From sequence record MW584160.1: DNA of 24,000 nt, one strand, 5' to 3'. Source of the DNA: Mycobacterium phage prophi86-1. The position numbers and the translations under genes were made by a program. The notes under the pieces are model-generated. The model was not told the DNA's origin. It made no database searches and was given only the letters and a program-made list of their open reading frames with translations. Of this stretch, positions 21,852 through 24,000 are shown one piece after another; the stretch's first letter is position 1, and the number at the start of each line of letters is the position of its first letter.

Positions 21852-22771
21852 ACGTGTTGAATCCGTCTGAAGCGCAGCGGAAAGCGATGGCTGACTACCT
21901 ATCGTTCAACGTCGATGAAGTGATCGGCCTCTACGAGGTAGACGCAATGATCGCTGCCGCTAACAGCATCCCTAAGGGTGCACCTGTTGGCACCATCGCA
22001 CGACGACCAGACGGGGAGTGGATTGCATGGCGTACCGAAGATGGATGGGGGTACCGATTCATCGGGGATGAGGAGCCGAACGAATGGCCCCCCGGTAGTA
22101 ATATCGCCGACTCTTGGCCTGTCATCTACGACCCGACATCCGAAAAGACTCGCGAAGAGAAAATCCAAGACTACCTGGAGTGGAGCGAAACGCAGGTAGA
22201 CACGGATGCTCTCGACCCAATAGCACAACAGGAACCGGGCGAGTCTCTGGCGCGCGGTCTGGACGATATTGCCGCTGGACGGGTATCCCGTAGGGACGAC
22301 TACCTGGAGCCACAACAGGAACCGGCAGACCGGCTGGATCTCATCGACCCGATACAGAGGCACCGAGGCGACAAGCCCTCTCGCACACCCCGTGTCGTTT
22401 ACCGTCTAGGGGTAGACGAGCGGGGATCACGGTGGGTAAACGGTAAAGGGATGACATATTGGTTCGAGGATGACCGCTGGTACAACCAAGCGGAGGGCGA
22501 GGATACCCCGTTCGAGTTCTCAGTGGGATACGTGCCAGCGAGTGAGGCCCCGTACACCGAAATCGTTGAGCCCCGTGTACTTCCGAGTTTGGATTGCGAA
22601 GAGGCACGAGACGGCACAGTGTGGGGTCCCGTGGATGACCTAGTAGGGCGTCGGTACAAGTTCGTCTCAGGTTCATGGAAGTCGAAGGTTGGGGACGAGG
22701 AGTGGTACACCTTGCGCTCCATAGGTCTGCTCGAAGAGCGATTCGGGCCATTCACTGAGGTGATCGAATGA
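21848..22771 (+). CDS. Hypothetical protein
   Basis: GTG start, overlapping neighbours, full-length open frame. Confidence 0.7.
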   Translation: MNVLNPSEAQRKAMADYLSFNVDEVIGLYEVDAMIAAANSIPKGAPVGTIARRPDGEWIAWRTEDGWGYRFIGDEEPNEWPPGSNIADSWPVIYDPTSEKTREEKIQDYLEWSETQVDTDALDPIAQQEPGESLARGLDDIAAGRVSRRDDYLEPQQEPADRLDLIDPIQRHRGDKPSRTPRVVYRLGVDERGSRWVNGKGMTYWFEDDRWYNQAEGEDTPFEFSVGYVPASEAPYTEIVEPRVLPSLDCEEARDGTVWGPVDDLVGRRYKFVSGSWKSKVGDEEWYTLRSIGLLEERFGPFTEVIE

Positions 22772-23466
22772 GCAATGTGTGGTTCACATCTGACCTACAT
22801 ATCGGCCACGAGAAGGTGGCCAGGGAACGCACTCGTGGATGGGTGCTACCACGTTACGTAGGCGCGGAGATCGACTCTCATGACGCGCAGCTGGCCCGTA
22901 ACTGGGACAGCATGGTTGCACCTGACGACGTCGTGTGGGTGTTGGGTGACATTTCGTCCGGCACCAAGACAGCGCAATTGAGGGCCCTGGATTGGCTGCG
23001 TGCTCGCCCTGGCCGCAAGCGTGGTATTCCGGGAAATCATTGTGGCACACATCCTTTGCACCGCGACTCGCATAAGTGGTTGCCCATCTATCTTGGCCAG
23101 GATCAACCCGACAGGCCTGCACCGTTCGAGTGTGTTCAGTTGGCCGCGAAAGTTCGAATTCCCCTGAGAGATGGTCACGTGACCGCGATGCTGTCACATT
23201 TTCCGTACACGGGCGACCACACGGATGGGGATCGCTATCCCGAGTGGCGTCTGCCTGATTATGGGCATTACATCTTGCATGGCCACACGCATAGCCCGGA
23301 GAAGCTGAGTATCGGTGGCCGGGAGGCCAAGCGGCGTGGTGCTGCGCTGCGCAACAAACCAGCACGTACCAATCAGATTCACGTCGGTCTTGACGCGTGG
23401 GAGTACAAGCCCGTGGCGCTTGATCAGATCGTGGAGATCGTCCAGGGCTTGGAGGATCGGCCATGA
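22768..23466 (+). CDS. Calcineurin-like metallophosphoesterase
   Basis: VWFTSDLHIGHEKV, VVWVLGDIS, GNHC, MLSHFPYTGDH, YILHGHTHS. Confidence 0.92.
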   Translation: MSNVWFTSDLHIGHEKVARERTRGWVLPRYVGAEIDSHDAQLARNWDSMVAPDDVVWVLGDISSGTKTAQLRALDWLRARPGRKRGIPGNHCGTHPLHRDSHKWLPIYLGQDQPDRPAPFECVQLAAKVRIPLRDGHVTAMLSHFPYTGDHTDGDRYPEWRLPDYGHYILHGHTHSPEKLSIGGREAKRRGAALRNKPARTNQIHVGLDAWEYKPVALDQIVEIVQGLEDRP

Positions 23467-24000
23467 TGCCAGAGATCATTGGTACCTTGGTCGGATTAGC
23501 CTTCGTCGCGCTTCTCTTCGGGTGGATGTGGGCGGATGACAACAGCTGGTTTGGGTGGTTTGACCGCATGTCGATTAGCGATGACCGCCTTGCTATGCGT
23601 GCGCTCGCCCAGCATTCCAAGCTGATGAAGGGCGAACCAGGCGCGGAGTACGGGAACTATCAGCCGATCGACCTTGACTCGGATGACGTCCTGAAGTTCG
23701 CAACCGTGACCCTGCCAAATGAGCTCGACATCGAATCACACTGGGGCACAGAGCTGTTACGCAGGGCCCCGATAGTCGATAAACTGCGCGAGAATGCATA
23801 CCATTACGCGCGGCTGGCGAAGCTTTTCCCAGACTCGGATTCCCGCCATGAACTGCGCAGCGCATTCCTTTCGTTATACGCAGACTCGGTCGACCGCGAT
23901 GGCACAGCGGAGGCAATCAGTCGCGCTGAGACTGATGTCAAGATGGCGTCTGCCGTGATGGATGAAAAGCCTTACTATCTCGACCAAGAGAACCACTGCA
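23463..24000 (+). CDS. Membrane-anchored hypothetical protein (runs off window)
   Basis: MMPEIIGTLVGLAFVALLFGWMWADDNSWFGWFD..., no stop before 24000. Confidence 0.65.
   Translation, partial: MMPEIIGTLVGLAFVALLFGWMWADDNSWFGWFDRMSISDDRLAMRALAQHSKLMKGEPGAEYGNYQPIDLDSDDVLKFATVTLPNELDIESHWGTELLRRAPIVDKLRENAYHYARLAKLFPDSDSRHELRSAFLSLYADSVDRDGTAEAISRAETDVKMASAVMDEKPYYLDQENHC

Overview
This 24 kb window looks like the early/accessory arm of a large tailed phage of an actinobacterium. Support comes from two WhiB-like proteins, tightly overlapping one-directional genes, and actinophage-style HNH and SPFH proteins. Left part (1-12.5 kb): HNH protein, SSB, probable replication protein, DnaB-like helicase, two WhiB proteins, PD-(D/E)XK nuclease, many small ORFs, dATP/dGTP-diphosphohydrolase-like protein, 3'-5' exonuclease, NUMOD4/HNH, SPFH/Band-7, second HNH. 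Centre (12.5-18.35 kb): a terminator-bounded RNA island with a tmRNA (predicted tag AASAQSDYALAA) and about 26 tRNAs, read by hand, that together cover all 20 amino acids. It also holds tRNA fragments, non-tRNA hairpins and a few small genes. Directly downstream is a translation-repair set: a 112-aa GGQ release-factor-like protein, an RtcB-type RNA ligase, a SLOG/DUF2493 protein and a Pth2-type peptidyl-tRNA hydrolase, then a possible 2OG-Fe(II) oxygenase and a calcineurin-like phosphoesterase. Main candidates for novelty: (1) the combined tRNA set + tmRNA + GGQ + RtcB + Pth2 island; (2) a repeated 13-mer ACCCACATGAACC at six sites, three of which are followed at fixed spacing by a TAnnnT -10-like hexamer and then an ATG, suggesting a phage-specific leaderless promoter; (3) an order-reversed pair of tRNA fragments next to the tmRNA; (4) tRNAs with altered anticodon stems/loops or shortened D-arms; (5) unexplained structured RNAs in the array. 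All family calls come from motif recognition, with no database search.
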